Below are positions 37,495-48,666 of a stretch of DNA of 64,000 bases, piece after piece (the first letter of the stretch is position 1; each line of letters opens with the position of its first letter). The DNA comes from Neocallimastix sp. 'constans' (Eukaryota): the NCBI GenBank assembly GCA_050613775.1, contig JBODTK010000102.1:62001-126000 (forward strand), given 5' to 3'. The notes below the pieces were generated by a model, which saw nothing but the letters and a program-made list of their open reading frames with translations, ran no database searches and was not told the origin of the DNA. Position numbers and translations under genes: made by a program.

Positions 37495-38619
37495 TTATTC
37501 AATGAAATTACCAAATCTTTTTATAAACCAATCTTTGTCTTTCTCTACTTTAAAAAAAAAATCTTTATCTTTTTCTACTTTAAAAAAATTTGTTTTCTTT
37601 TTTGGATTGCCAATATAGGGAAATTTAAAATCGTGTTTAACATAGATAAATGCATTTTCTAATTTGTTTATATTAAAAAATGATTTGTTATATTTAAATC
37701 CTTTATAATATTCAATAAATTTATTAATTTGATTATGATGTTGGCCTAATGAATATATACTTAAATAACCTTTATACAAATTTTTATTTAAAATTAATGA
37801 TTGAAATGCTGAATAAGTTCCTTTATAATTATAATAACAATAAATTTTATAATCATTTTTAATATCATCATTTATCATGGTAATTCCATCAATATATCCT
37901 TTAAAATATAGTGGTATACTAATATTACATTTATTTTGTATATCTTCCACAGCATCGTTATATATTAAATCATCATGATTAATTCTTGTTGTTATTACGA
38001 ATTTAGCTTCTTTAGTGTTATTTATGATATATTTATCTGTTAAATTAGAACGAATTACATTTATATTTATTGAAGATTCTATTTGTTTTAATTCTGATAT
38101 TGCTTTATTATTTTCTGGTAATTTATTATTAATTTTTATTATAATTTCAAAGTTTTTATTACTTTGATTTTCTAAAGATTTCAATGTAAATTTCTTAAAA
38201 ATATTAATTGCATTATGTAAGAACGAATAATTAAATATTTTTTCTTTTTTCATCAAGATATCTGAATAAAACCGAATAATAATAAAATGCTTGATTTCAT
38301 TAGTGTAATTTATTTCATCCATTGTTTCTTCATGGGATAAAAGTTTTATCGTGGAGTTTTTATTTTCAGTAATTATATTATTTTTATAAATTTTAATATT
38401 TTCTGAAGTTTTATCTTTATCTAACATATCTAAAGAAGGACATTTTTTACAAAATCTTTTAAGTTTTCTATTATTATTTTTGTTATTACATCTTTTCTTA
38501 CAAAGTAATAATAATTTTTGATTCTTCAATGCTCGCTCATTTAAAGCATAGTTTAATTTAACAAATAATATAGTAAAAATTAAAATGGTAATAGATAAGA
38601 ATTTGTTACTTATTTTCAT
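37495..38619 (-). CDS. Putative glycosyltransferase of the bacterial 'putative rhamnosyltransferase' type, with an N-terminal signal anchor
   Basis: Intronless ORF with likely start MKISNKFLSITILIF. Motifs HFIIIRF, F.KFTLKSLENQSNKNF and ITTRINHDDL resemble the RF..LPSL..QT..DF / TRxDxDD pattern. Confidence 0.65.
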   Translation of the reverse strand: MKISNKFLSITILIFTILFVKLNYALNERALKNQKLLLLCKKRCNNKNNNRKLKRFCKKCPSLDMLDKDKTSENIKIYKNNIITENKNSTIKLLSHEETMDEINYTNEIKHFIIIRFYSDILMKKEKIFNYSFLHNAINIFKKFTLKSLENQSNKNFEIIIKINNKLPENNKAISELKQIESSININVIRSNLTDKYIINNTKEAKFVITTRINHDDLIYNDAVEDIQNKCNISIPLYFKGYIDGITMINDDIKNDYKIYCYYNYKGTYSAFQSLILNKNLYKGYLSIYSLGQHHNQINKFIEYYKGFKYNKSFFNINKLENAFIYVKHDFKFPYIGNPKKKTNFFKVEKDKDFFFKVEKDKDWFIKRFGNFIE

Positions 38620-39299
38620 TTTTTTTATATATGAAATAATTTCTATAAGAAGAGTATTTATATTACAGAGTAATATTTTTGAATCCATTTGCTAATTTAT
38701 ATTTTTTTAATGAAATAAAGTGATTTAAGTTAATACCTCTTTAATTTTTAAATTTGATAAATTTTATTTATTTTAGATATTTTCCTTTCAATTATGAATT
38801 TTATTAATTTAATTAATTTTTTAAATATAATTTTTATTTCTAATTTTAAATTTAAAAATTAAAATTTTTAAAATATTCAAATATTTACTTTAAAATATAT
38901 CATTTTATTATTATTTAGTTCAGTTAATTTAAAATCCATTGTTTTGAGAATATTTAATTCATTTTGTTGGAATTGTTCATTTTTGGAAATTTAATTATAA
39001 ATTCAAATTGTTAGACATAATTTATTACATGTTTAATGTTTTAATATGTTTATTTTTATTTTGAAAATATAAATTAATCTTACAATATTTATTTAATATA
39101 AAACATATTAATTTTAAAATTTTTGTATTATTTAATTTCCGATACTAATATTTAAATTAAAAATTTTATAATTTGTTAATAATATATTATATTCTGTATT
39201 TAAAAATATAATAGTATTTATTTATCCTAAGAGAAAGTACTATTAAAACATTTATTTATTTTATTTTTTTATTTTCAACTTTTAGATTATTTCAGTTTT

Positions 39300-40090
39300 T
39301 GTTAGAAATGTAAATATAAAGTTTTATAATTATATTAATTTAAGGAATAATGCTATATATTTTAATAAATTAATGTAAAATATATAACCAATAATAATAA
39401 ATCACATGTTATGTTAATTATAAATACTATAAAATGTATATTATTATATTTATATATACTATTCTAATATTTTCAAATAATAAAGAGATTCTTATTTCAA
39501 AAAGATTAATATTCTCAGTCTTACCAGATTGAACAAAAACATTAAAGTTAAATATTCAATATAATAAAATTAAATATAAATATATATGTAGCTATCTAAC
39601 CTTAAATTGGTTTATATTATTTTAAATTAATTATTTTATTAACACATTTTCATTAATGACTACATACTAACATTACTACAATCAAATTAATCAAAAAAAT
39701 ATAATAAAATTAAAAAATACGTTTTATATATAAGCGCGAAATGATAATATATATTATTTAAGTATTTCAGTAATATTATATATATCAAGATTAAAAGATA
39801 GAATAGTCAGCCAATATAATAAAAAAAAATAAATAATTATAAAAATAAAATAAAATTAATATCATCAAAATGAAATATTTAATGTCAATTGATAATATTA
39901 ATATAAATTTGAAAATAAAAAAAAACTACTATTAATATAAAAATAAAATTTAACTAAAATAATAATAAAAAAATATTATATAGTATTTATTAAATAAAAT
40001 TATTAATTAATAATATTACATATTTTATCAAATATATTAAAACAAAATTATGAAATAAATGAATGAAAAAAAAATTAATTGATTAAATTG
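39300..40090 (+). mobile_element. 5' LTR (39300-39503), degenerate PBS and leader
   Basis: TGTTAGAAATG...TTTCAAAAA followed by gattaatattctcagtcttaccagattgaac. The leader is homologous to 6030-6365. Confidence 0.75.
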
Positions 40091-41225
40091 AAATAAAATC
40101 AAAATTTTTTAGAAATAAGAATATTTTTTATTGTATAAAAATATAAGAATAGTATATGAATATAATAATGTACATTTTTATGGAATTTATAGATAACATA
40201 ATATGTGGCTTATTGCTATTATTGGTAACATATTTTACATGAATATATTAATATATAGCATTACTACTTAAATTAATATAATTATAAAACTTCATATATA
40301 TATTTCCAACATTCCTCCTCAAATCGAACTTTGTATGAAAGTTTGAGTTGAATAAAAATATAATATTTGTATTACAATATAAAATAATACTTTTGTTTTT
40401 AATATTATTATATAAAGAATAAATTATAAATTAGAGTTATTATAATATTATAAGAATAAGAATGATATTATAATTTTTATATTAATATTATGTTTTGATT
40501 CTAATCATACGAATAATTTGAAAAATTATGATTCACTTTTCTTTTCATTCTTGGAAAAGATTAGACTTCTTACTATTATTATTTCCCTTTCGGTGTTGAA
40601 TTTCATATTTTATTACTTGCATTTTTCTTTGGTATAATTGATTCATCAATAGTTACTGCACTAATATATTTTTCAATAGTATCTAACTCTAGTTGTAAAT
40701 CATTATTATTATTGCTTTGTACGTTGAAAATTGTTTGACTTTGTACAGGGTAATTATTTTTTTTTTTTTAAATTTCTCTATCTACTTCATCATAATTAAT
40801 TTCTTCATCATCTAATTTTAGAATATTTAAAATTTTGGAAGAATTGTTTTTCAATTTTAACTTTTTTTTTTTGTTGAGTCAATATATACTTTTATTTAAT
40901 TTTGTGAAATACTTACATATTTACATATATATATATATTTTATAATTCTTATATTATGTTATTTTGTCATTTATATTTTATTAGTACATTTTTAATTTTT
41001 ATAATTATTCTTTTTTTTTTTTTAATTTTTTGTTTTTAATAAATTTTATTAATATTTTTTATATTTATTTTATATTTTATTTACTTTTTTATATGTATAC
41101 TAATTTTATTGCTCATTTATTTTTTATTGTTATATATAAATTAATTTTATTTAATTATTAATATAATTGATATTTTTAATTTTTTAAATTAAAATATTTA
41201 TTTACTAATTTTTTTGATTAGATAT

Positions 41226-41431
41226 TTTTCGAAATAAAAATATCTTTATTATGTTAAAAAATAAGAATCATATCATTTTATAAAATTATTCATTTTTATG
41301 ATATTTATAGTTTACATAATGTATAACTTATTATTATTACCTATCATATATCTTAAACAGATATATTAAAATGTATAACATTACTCTTTAAATTAATCTA
41401 ATTATAAAACTATATATTTATACTTCTAACA
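41226..41431 (-). repeat. Solo LTR of the same family inserted at the PL4 3' end
   Basis: Homologous to the 40107 LTR; flanks GATAT and GATTT give a 4/5 TSD match. Confidence 0.75.
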
Positions 41432-41700
41432 GATTTTAGATACATAATACCATAAAAGTGGTAATTATTGGTATATTCTTCTGTCTTTCTGGCATGTAAA
41501 ATAATCTTATTTTCTCTAATTTGAAATCATTGTGTCTAAATTTGAATTCTAATTCATCGTAGAATCCTCGAATACCATTGAGATGAACACAAGTATCTTC
41601 TCTTTATTTGGTAACTTCAACTGAATTCTTTCTTCCATTGATAGAGACTGAAAGTAAAGTAGAAGAATTAGCTGCAACTGAAACACGTAATACAGGTTTA
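41432..41700 (-). pseudogene. PL4 rhamnogalacturonan lyase C-terminal domain relic (second copy)
   Basis: LRVSVAANSSTLLSVSINGRKNSVEV..LNGIRGFYDELEFKFR..YTNNYHFYGIMY is clearly homologous at DNA level to 20915-21160. Confidence 0.85.
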
Positions 41701-44700
41701 CCAGTGGGTTTCTTTATCAAATTGAAACAACATGTTTAGTGATTTGTAAATCTTCTTTATAATCATTTAATGGTGATTCCCTTGGTGAATCTTTTGGTCA
41801 ATTTATAGGTAAATCTCTTGGTAAATCTCTAAGTAAACCTTTTGATAAACATAGAACTGGAATATTTTCAGTTGTTTAGAAAACATCAGAATTTTTTTTA
41901 TTAATGTAAACACATGAACCATCACTTAAGGAAATTGGATAACTAACATGAGATTGAATATTATTTAGTAAAATCTTAATTGATAATCACATTCATAGTC
42001 ATTATTAAAAATAATTAATTTATCGTACAATCCACCTATTGGGTAGTTTGGTTTTGGACTAACTTAATTTAATGAACTGTATGAAATATCATTGTCACAA
42101 TTTTACATATGATTTTTTCTCATAAAGATAAATCCACATATAGCAACTAAAGTAACTACACTTGTATCAGACAAAGAGATAATAACAACACAATTTGAAA
42201 TAATAAGTTTTTTCATTGGAAATTGAAATATTGATTTTATTTCCAGCTGCAATTGTTGCTTGAACATTATTGTATGGTAATACTAAAGGATCATAACTAA
42301 CATTAATAAAAAATAAAACTAATAATGATATACTCAAAGTTATCAATTTTAAAACAAATTTATATTTTATTTTTATTTCTTTATTTTAAATTTTAGAAAT
42401 TTATTTTTATTCAATGATATTTTTACTATTATTTGTATTCTATATAGATATGTATAAATCTTTCAAATTAAATTTTTATTATTTATAAATATTCTTTTAT
42501 ATTTATTAATTTTTATAAGCTTTTATAATAGGTTCATTATTAATATAAACTACTTTTTAAAAAATATACAATATATATATTTAAAAAAATATATATAACT
42601 TTATTGTAGAAACTGAAATTTTTAAAATAAATATATTAATAATACAATTAAAAGATTACAATGAGATAATGTTATAATTACAAATTATAAAATCTTTTTC
42701 ATATATATATAATAATTTTGAAAATTTTTTTTTATTTTCAATTATTCAAATTATTCAAATGTAAAATTCAATTATAATATTTTTTCTTAAATAAATAATA
42801 TATTTATATTATTTATTTATTTAATTATTTATTTACATATTTTTTATATCACCTTATTTAAGTTACTCAAATTAATTATTTGACTAATTATTTAAGTTTC
42901 TATTATTGTTGACAAATATTTATTTATTTTAATAAACATATGGTGAATTATTATATTATCAATGGAGTATTGTTTATATTTTAATATTACATTTTAATTT
43001 ATTTATTTTATATTATTTTATCTTGAAATTCTATATAGTAATGTTTTTCAGTTTAATCATTATTTACTGACTATCAAGGTATTTTATTTATTTTATTTAT
43101 TATTTTATTTTCAGTTTAATAATTAATTAACTGATTATTCTTTGTATTAATAATGATATATTATTCATGTTGAATTTCAGTTTAATTAATAATTAACTGA
43201 CTATTCTATTCTTTTTCAGTTTAATCAATGATTAACTGACTCTTTTTTATTTTTTTTTCAATTAATAAAAGATTAACTGGCACTTCTTTTATTTTTAAGT
43301 TTAATAATAATTAACAGCTTATTTTTATTTATAGTTGTATTTGCATTAAATATAAAATATTATTTTACTTCTATTTAAAAATTATTACCTGTTTTTTCTT
43401 TTAGTACATAAAATTATGAATATGAAAAAAAAATTAGTTATACTATTTTAATAATAATTATACTTCAATATTAAACATAACTTAATTTTGAAATAATCTC
43501 AGATACAGACTTGAGACTCTTTATCCTTTAGAAAAATAAAAAATCTAATTTCACTTTTTTATTAAAGGAGTTATTGATGAAATTTATATTATAATATATT
43601 TATATATATTAAAAAAAAATAAATTTAATTTTTTTCATTTAAACTTTAGTAATTTTAAATAAAAAATATTTAATTATTTTCATGTGATTATTAAAGTAAA
43701 TATTTAAATTTTTATAAAAAATTTCTTTTAAATATTTTGTGTTTTTTTTTATTAATATTATCAATTAAATTGTTTTTATTATTCTAAAAAGTCTTTACTG
43801 TTTATTTAAATTATCACATTAAATTGATAAAATTTATAACATGTTTTATGAATTTATACTTTAATATTTATGATTAACACAAAATTTTATTTTGAAAACT
43901 TTTGAAATTTATATTTATTTTCATCCTGTAATAATATTAATTTTTCTAAAAAAAATGATAATTCTCTTTTTTATTAGTATTACCTATTAAAAATATTTTT
44001 TAATTTGTTCAATTAAATAATTAAAACTAGTACTTTATATAAATAATTTAAAAAAATCTCTATTCATTTATTAGAATTATTTATTTAAAAAATGTATAAT
44101 TTTTACTTATTTTAATAAAATATTAGAGTAACTCTAATATTTAATAGTATTTATTTAATTTTTTTATTACAAATTATATTTGTTAAAATTAATGAATTAT
44201 TAATAGATAGTAAAACTAATTAAAAAAAAGATCAAAAATTTTATAGTATCAATTCATATAAAAATATTTATAGAATTTAATATAACTCTTTAAAATTTTA
44301 TTTATAAAATATTTATATATATTATTTCTTTTTATCTTTAAAAAAATAATTTATTTTTCTTAACATATATATATTTTGTAGTTGGATAATTTATAAAATT
44401 TAAATATTATTTTTAAAATATTAATATATTTTTATATATTAAAAGTAAAGTTATATTCTCAATATACATTGTATATTGAGAATATAATTTTACTAAAAAT
44501 ATATTATACAATATAAAAAATAAAAAATTTCATTAATAGTATAATAGAAATCTTAAATATAAATTTATATGTAAATTTATAATAAATTTTAAATATTTTA
44601 AATTTAAAATAAAAATTATGACTTTCACGTATAATTTAAAAATAGATATAATATAAGTTTATCTTTAAAATATTAATATAAATTATTTATCAAAACAATA

Positions 44701-45087
44701 GTATTCATAATATTGAGATATAATTTTATAATTATTTAAATAAGAAAAGTATTAAATATTTAAAATGCTAAATTAAAATTATTTTAAAAAATAATAATTT
44801 TTCTCATGTAATATATATTTATTATTTTTTTACATATTAAAAATGATATTTATAAATTATTTAAAATTTTTATTAAAAAATTATTAAATAAATATGAGAA
44901 ATCAGTGTTAATAATTATAATTCAATAGTTTTCTAAATTTAAATAAAAATAAATAAGTATATATGAGACATAACTCTAAATAATTTGTATGATATTATTA
45001 CATATACAAAAATTATTTAAATTTTATTAATTTTAAAAATTATTTTGTATTTGATTTTAATTTTATTACAAATATTTGGACTTTTAT

Positions 45088-46374
45088 ATGGATTTAATTA
45101 GTAATACTACAATTCAAAAAAGTAGAGTATATGATGATTTTCATTCAAGTAATGAAAATATATCTAGAACTCAGGAGGATCGAAATCAAATGCAAATAAA
45201 TATTTCAAATTTAACTCCTAATATTCTGACTTCTATTACTACTGGGAGTGAAGCTACCCTCAATGAAAGTCTTCCATCTCTTCAACCTAAAAAAAGAAAA
45301 CGTTTATACTGGGCTGATTGTGCTCGTATCTTCTCTATGTTTGGAATTATTTTATTACATAGTGCGGGTTATGGATGTGAAAAAACCCTCCTCAAACGAA
45401 AAGACTCAAATGTAATGATCATTTGTTTCTATAATTGTATGACTCGTTTCGGCGTTCCAATGTTCGTCCTACTTTCAGGAACATTTATTCTTGATCCATC
45501 CAAGACTTTCTCATTCAAAAAATTGTTTAGACATAATATTTTGAGATTAGCAACAGCATTTGCCTTTTGGTCATCAATCAATGCATTAATTAATATTTTT
45601 CTTTATAAAAAGAACAAACCGTCTGAATTCTTAAAAATATTTGTAGTTGGTGAAGAGTATCTCTGGTTCATATTTATGATTATTGGTTGTTATCTTATTT
45701 CACCTTTTTTACGCCTTTTTTCTGATGATGTTACTCTTGCCAGATATTTTTTAGGACTTTGTGTTTTTTGGGGATCGTTAATTCCAACGCTTAAAAATAT
45801 TTTTATTTCTTATCATTTGAAGGAAGCTCAAGACGAGTTAAACATATGGACTAGTCGTTGGCATTATCATTTTACTTTGGAATTTGTAGGGTATTTTGTT
45901 GCCGGTTATCATATTGTCAATCATGTCAATATTAAATCATTAAAAATTCGAGTTCTACTCTATGTATTAGGATTGGCTGATGTTTTTCTTATTTTTTATA
46001 TGACCTATAGTCTGGAAATGAAAACTGGACGTTATTCTAAAGATTTTCGTGATAGTTATACTTTAACGGTAGTATTCTATACAGTAATACTTTTTATTTT
46101 TTTTAAACATGAAATTGGACAAATTAATTTTTCAGAAAGGGCCATAAGAATAATTTCAAAATTATCGTATTTAACTTTCGGCATGTATCTCTCTCATATG
46201 ATTCTGAAAGGCTTATTATCGAGATATGCCCACATAAAACAAGAAGAATTTTTAGGTATAAAATTTAGTTCAACTATCGGCTGTCCCATTTTTTGGATTA
46301 TTATATCTGGAAGTAGTTTACTCGTAAGTTATCTCTTATCAATTACACCAATTTTAAAAAATTATGTAGTGTAA
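45088..46374 (+). CDS. Acyltransferase family 3 (membrane O-acetyltransferase, WecH/OafA-like)
   Basis: RLYWADCARIFSMFGIILLH, RFGVPMFVLLSG, YLWFI, GYFVAGY and SYLTFGMYLSH are AT3 hallmark motifs. The ORF is intronless with many TM segments, and the first ATG is at 45088. Confidence 0.92.
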   Translation: MDLISNTTIQKSRVYDDFHSSNENISRTQEDRNQMQINISNLTPNILTSITTGSEATLNESLPSLQPKKRKRLYWADCARIFSMFGIILLHSAGYGCEKTLLKRKDSNVMIICFYNCMTRFGVPMFVLLSGTFILDPSKTFSFKKLFRHNILRLATAFAFWSSINALINIFLYKKNKPSEFLKIFVVGEEYLWFIFMIIGCYLISPFLRLFSDDVTLARYFLGLCVFWGSLIPTLKNIFISYHLKEAQDELNIWTSRWHYHFTLEFVGYFVAGYHIVNHVNIKSLKIRVLLYVLGLADVFLIFYMTYSLEMKTGRYSKDFRDSYTLTVVFYTVILFIFFKHEIGQINFSERAIRIISKLSYLTFGMYLSHMILKGLLSRYAHIKQEEFLGIKFSSTIGCPIFWIIISGSSLLVSYLLSITPILKNYVV

Positions 46375-47862
46375 AGAAATTGAATTTGTTATATTAATAT
46401 AGAATTTATTTTAAGAATAGAAAAATTTTATAGATTTTTTTTATACTTTAATTATTAATCTTTATATTATAAATTTTATAGAAAAATAATGTTTATTAAA
46501 ATAGAAAATAAATTTTTAAGTTTTTAAACTACTTTCTTTAGTTTTCTTTTTTTTTTTGAAATTTTATTTTATTTCAGTTTTATTTTAATGTTTATATTTG
46601 TACTTTAAATGAATAAACAAATTTTAAAAATATATATTTTAACTAAAAGTTATTTTTTTTAATTTAAAATTAAAATTTTATAATGAAAAATTTTAAAACA
46701 AATTTTTTAAATTGAAATAATAAAATTTATATTTTTTTTGTAATTTTAAAAAATTTTATTGTAATAAAAGTTAATATATAAGGTTATCAATTTAAAATAT
46801 TTTTTAAAACAAAAATTGAAAATAAATAATTATTATTTAAATTTTTTTATTTTATTAATTTTTTATAATTAATACTAATTCTGATATTAATATTGATTTA
46901 CATAAATAATTTAAATATTTTTACTATGTAATTGTTATATTTATTTTTTAAAGTTTATGTAATTAATTTCAAAGTTAATATATTTAATATAAATTATGAA
47001 TTACTAAGGATGTTAATTATTATAAAAAGAAGGTTTTTTATTTTTATCATAATATTAATATATTTTTTTTCATTTTTAATTTAGTATTGTTTTCTATTTT
47101 ATCTGGTGATTTAATAAATTTTAATCCCTTAAAATAAAAAACTCTTTATAATGTAAAGTATAATAAACGAATAATAATAGTAAAAATATAATTCTTATTT
47201 TTTATTTATAAAATATTTTTATTTAACTGTATTTTTTAATTGAGATAGTTATCGAGATTTTATACTCAGAAACTACAATTATAATATATAAAAATAATAT
47301 ACTAACTATTATGAAATTATATAATAATAAATTAAAAATACGAATAATATATTTATTATTGATTTAACTTTATCTTCTTAATAATTACAAATTAAATTAC
47401 AATAATGAAAATTTTTTATTTATAACATATAAAAATTTAAAATTATTTTACATTATAAAAAATAAATTTTTATTAAACCAGAAAAAATAATTTTTAAAAA
47501 TTATTTTTAAAAATTTAAAAAATTAAACAAATATGAAAATAATTAAAATTAAATTTAATAAATTTTATTTTAAAAAAAAATATATTTTTCAAATTATTTA
47601 AATGTTCATTGCTTATATGAAGTATTTAATATTAAATATATATATTTTTTTAAAAAATTAAATTTTAATAAATTATATTTTATTAATTAAAATTATTTAA
47701 TTTTAAATATTTTATAATTATATTAAATATTGTTAATATTATTTATACAAAATACTTTTAAAAATATATTTTAATGTTAACTATACATGCTGTAAAAAAA
47801 TTAATTAATTAAATTTTAATTTAATATAAATATAAATAAATTATTTTTTTTTAAATTAAAGT

Positions 47863-48666
47863 ATGAAAAAAATGAAATTGATTATAAAAGTGTTTTTTTA
47901 TATTTATATTTATTTTGAAATATTTTTTAAAAATATAAATACATTACCATTATCTATTGTAGTTCCAGTATTTAATACAAGTCCTTATTTAAATCGTTCT
48001 ATTAATTCTATTTTGGATCAGACTTTCAATGATTTTGAATTAATACTTGTTGATGATGCATCAACAGATAATTCTTTGGAAATATTAGTAAATTATAGTA
48101 AAATAGATAATAGAATTAAAACCATTCATTTTGAAATAAATAAAGGGGTCAGTGCTGCGAGAAATGCAGGCATAGATATAGCTAAAGGTGAATTTATAGG
48201 ATTTGTTGATAGTGATGACTTTATTGATAAAAGATTTTATGAAAATTTACTTAAAAATTCAAAAGATTATGATGTTATAGAAGGAAATTTTATCGCTGGT
48301 ACCAATATCTCGGAAAGTTATAAAAAATTAAATTTACGTTTTCATTGTTCAATTTTTGATTCAATATGGAGAAGAGATTTTCTAAATAAATATAATCTTA
48401 GATATGATGAATCAATGAGAAATGGAAGTGATAAAAAATTTAGAATGGAGGTCTATCAATATAAACCAAGAATTTTTGTGTCTCCGGATGAAGGAATTTA
48501 TTATTATTATAAGAGAAGAGTAGGCTCTCTTTCAAATTTTAGTGAAATACAATTGAAATATTTAAATAAGGAAGCTTTTAAAGAAATCAGAAAACAAAAA
48601 AGAAATAAAAATAAACATAAAAAATTAATTAAAAGAGAAAAATTAAAAAAAAAAAAAAAAATTTAA
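47863..48666 (+). CDS. Glycosyltransferase family 2 with N-terminal hydrophobic anchor and Lys-rich tail
   Basis: SIVVPVFN..YLNRSINSILDQT..ELILVDDASTD..NKGVSAARNAG..GEFIGFVDSDD are GT2 motifs; the ORF is intronless. Confidence 0.93.
   Translation: MKKMKLIIKVFFYIYIYFEIFFKNINTLPLSIVVPVFNTSPYLNRSINSILDQTFNDFELILVDDASTDNSLEILVNYSKIDNRIKTIHFEINKGVSAARNAGIDIAKGEFIGFVDSDDFIDKRFYENLLKNSKDYDVIEGNFIAGTNISESYKKLNLRFHCSIFDSIWRRDFLNKYNLRYDESMRNGSDKKFRMEVYQYKPRIFVSPDEGIYYYYKRRVGSLSNFSEIQLKYLNKEAFKEIRKQKRNKNKHKKLIKREKLKKKKKI

Larger units (their letters stand above)
40107..43560 (-). mobile_element. Second, older member of the PL4-cargo LTR element family
   Basis: 3' LTR at 40107-40311 plus PPT. The 3' internal region is colinear with 20180-20870, with the PL4 C-terminus in the same position and orientation. 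Leader hairpin repeats lie at ~43065-43320 and a PBS relic ttgagactctttatc at 43511. The 5' LTR is only partly recognisable. Confidence 0.75.
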
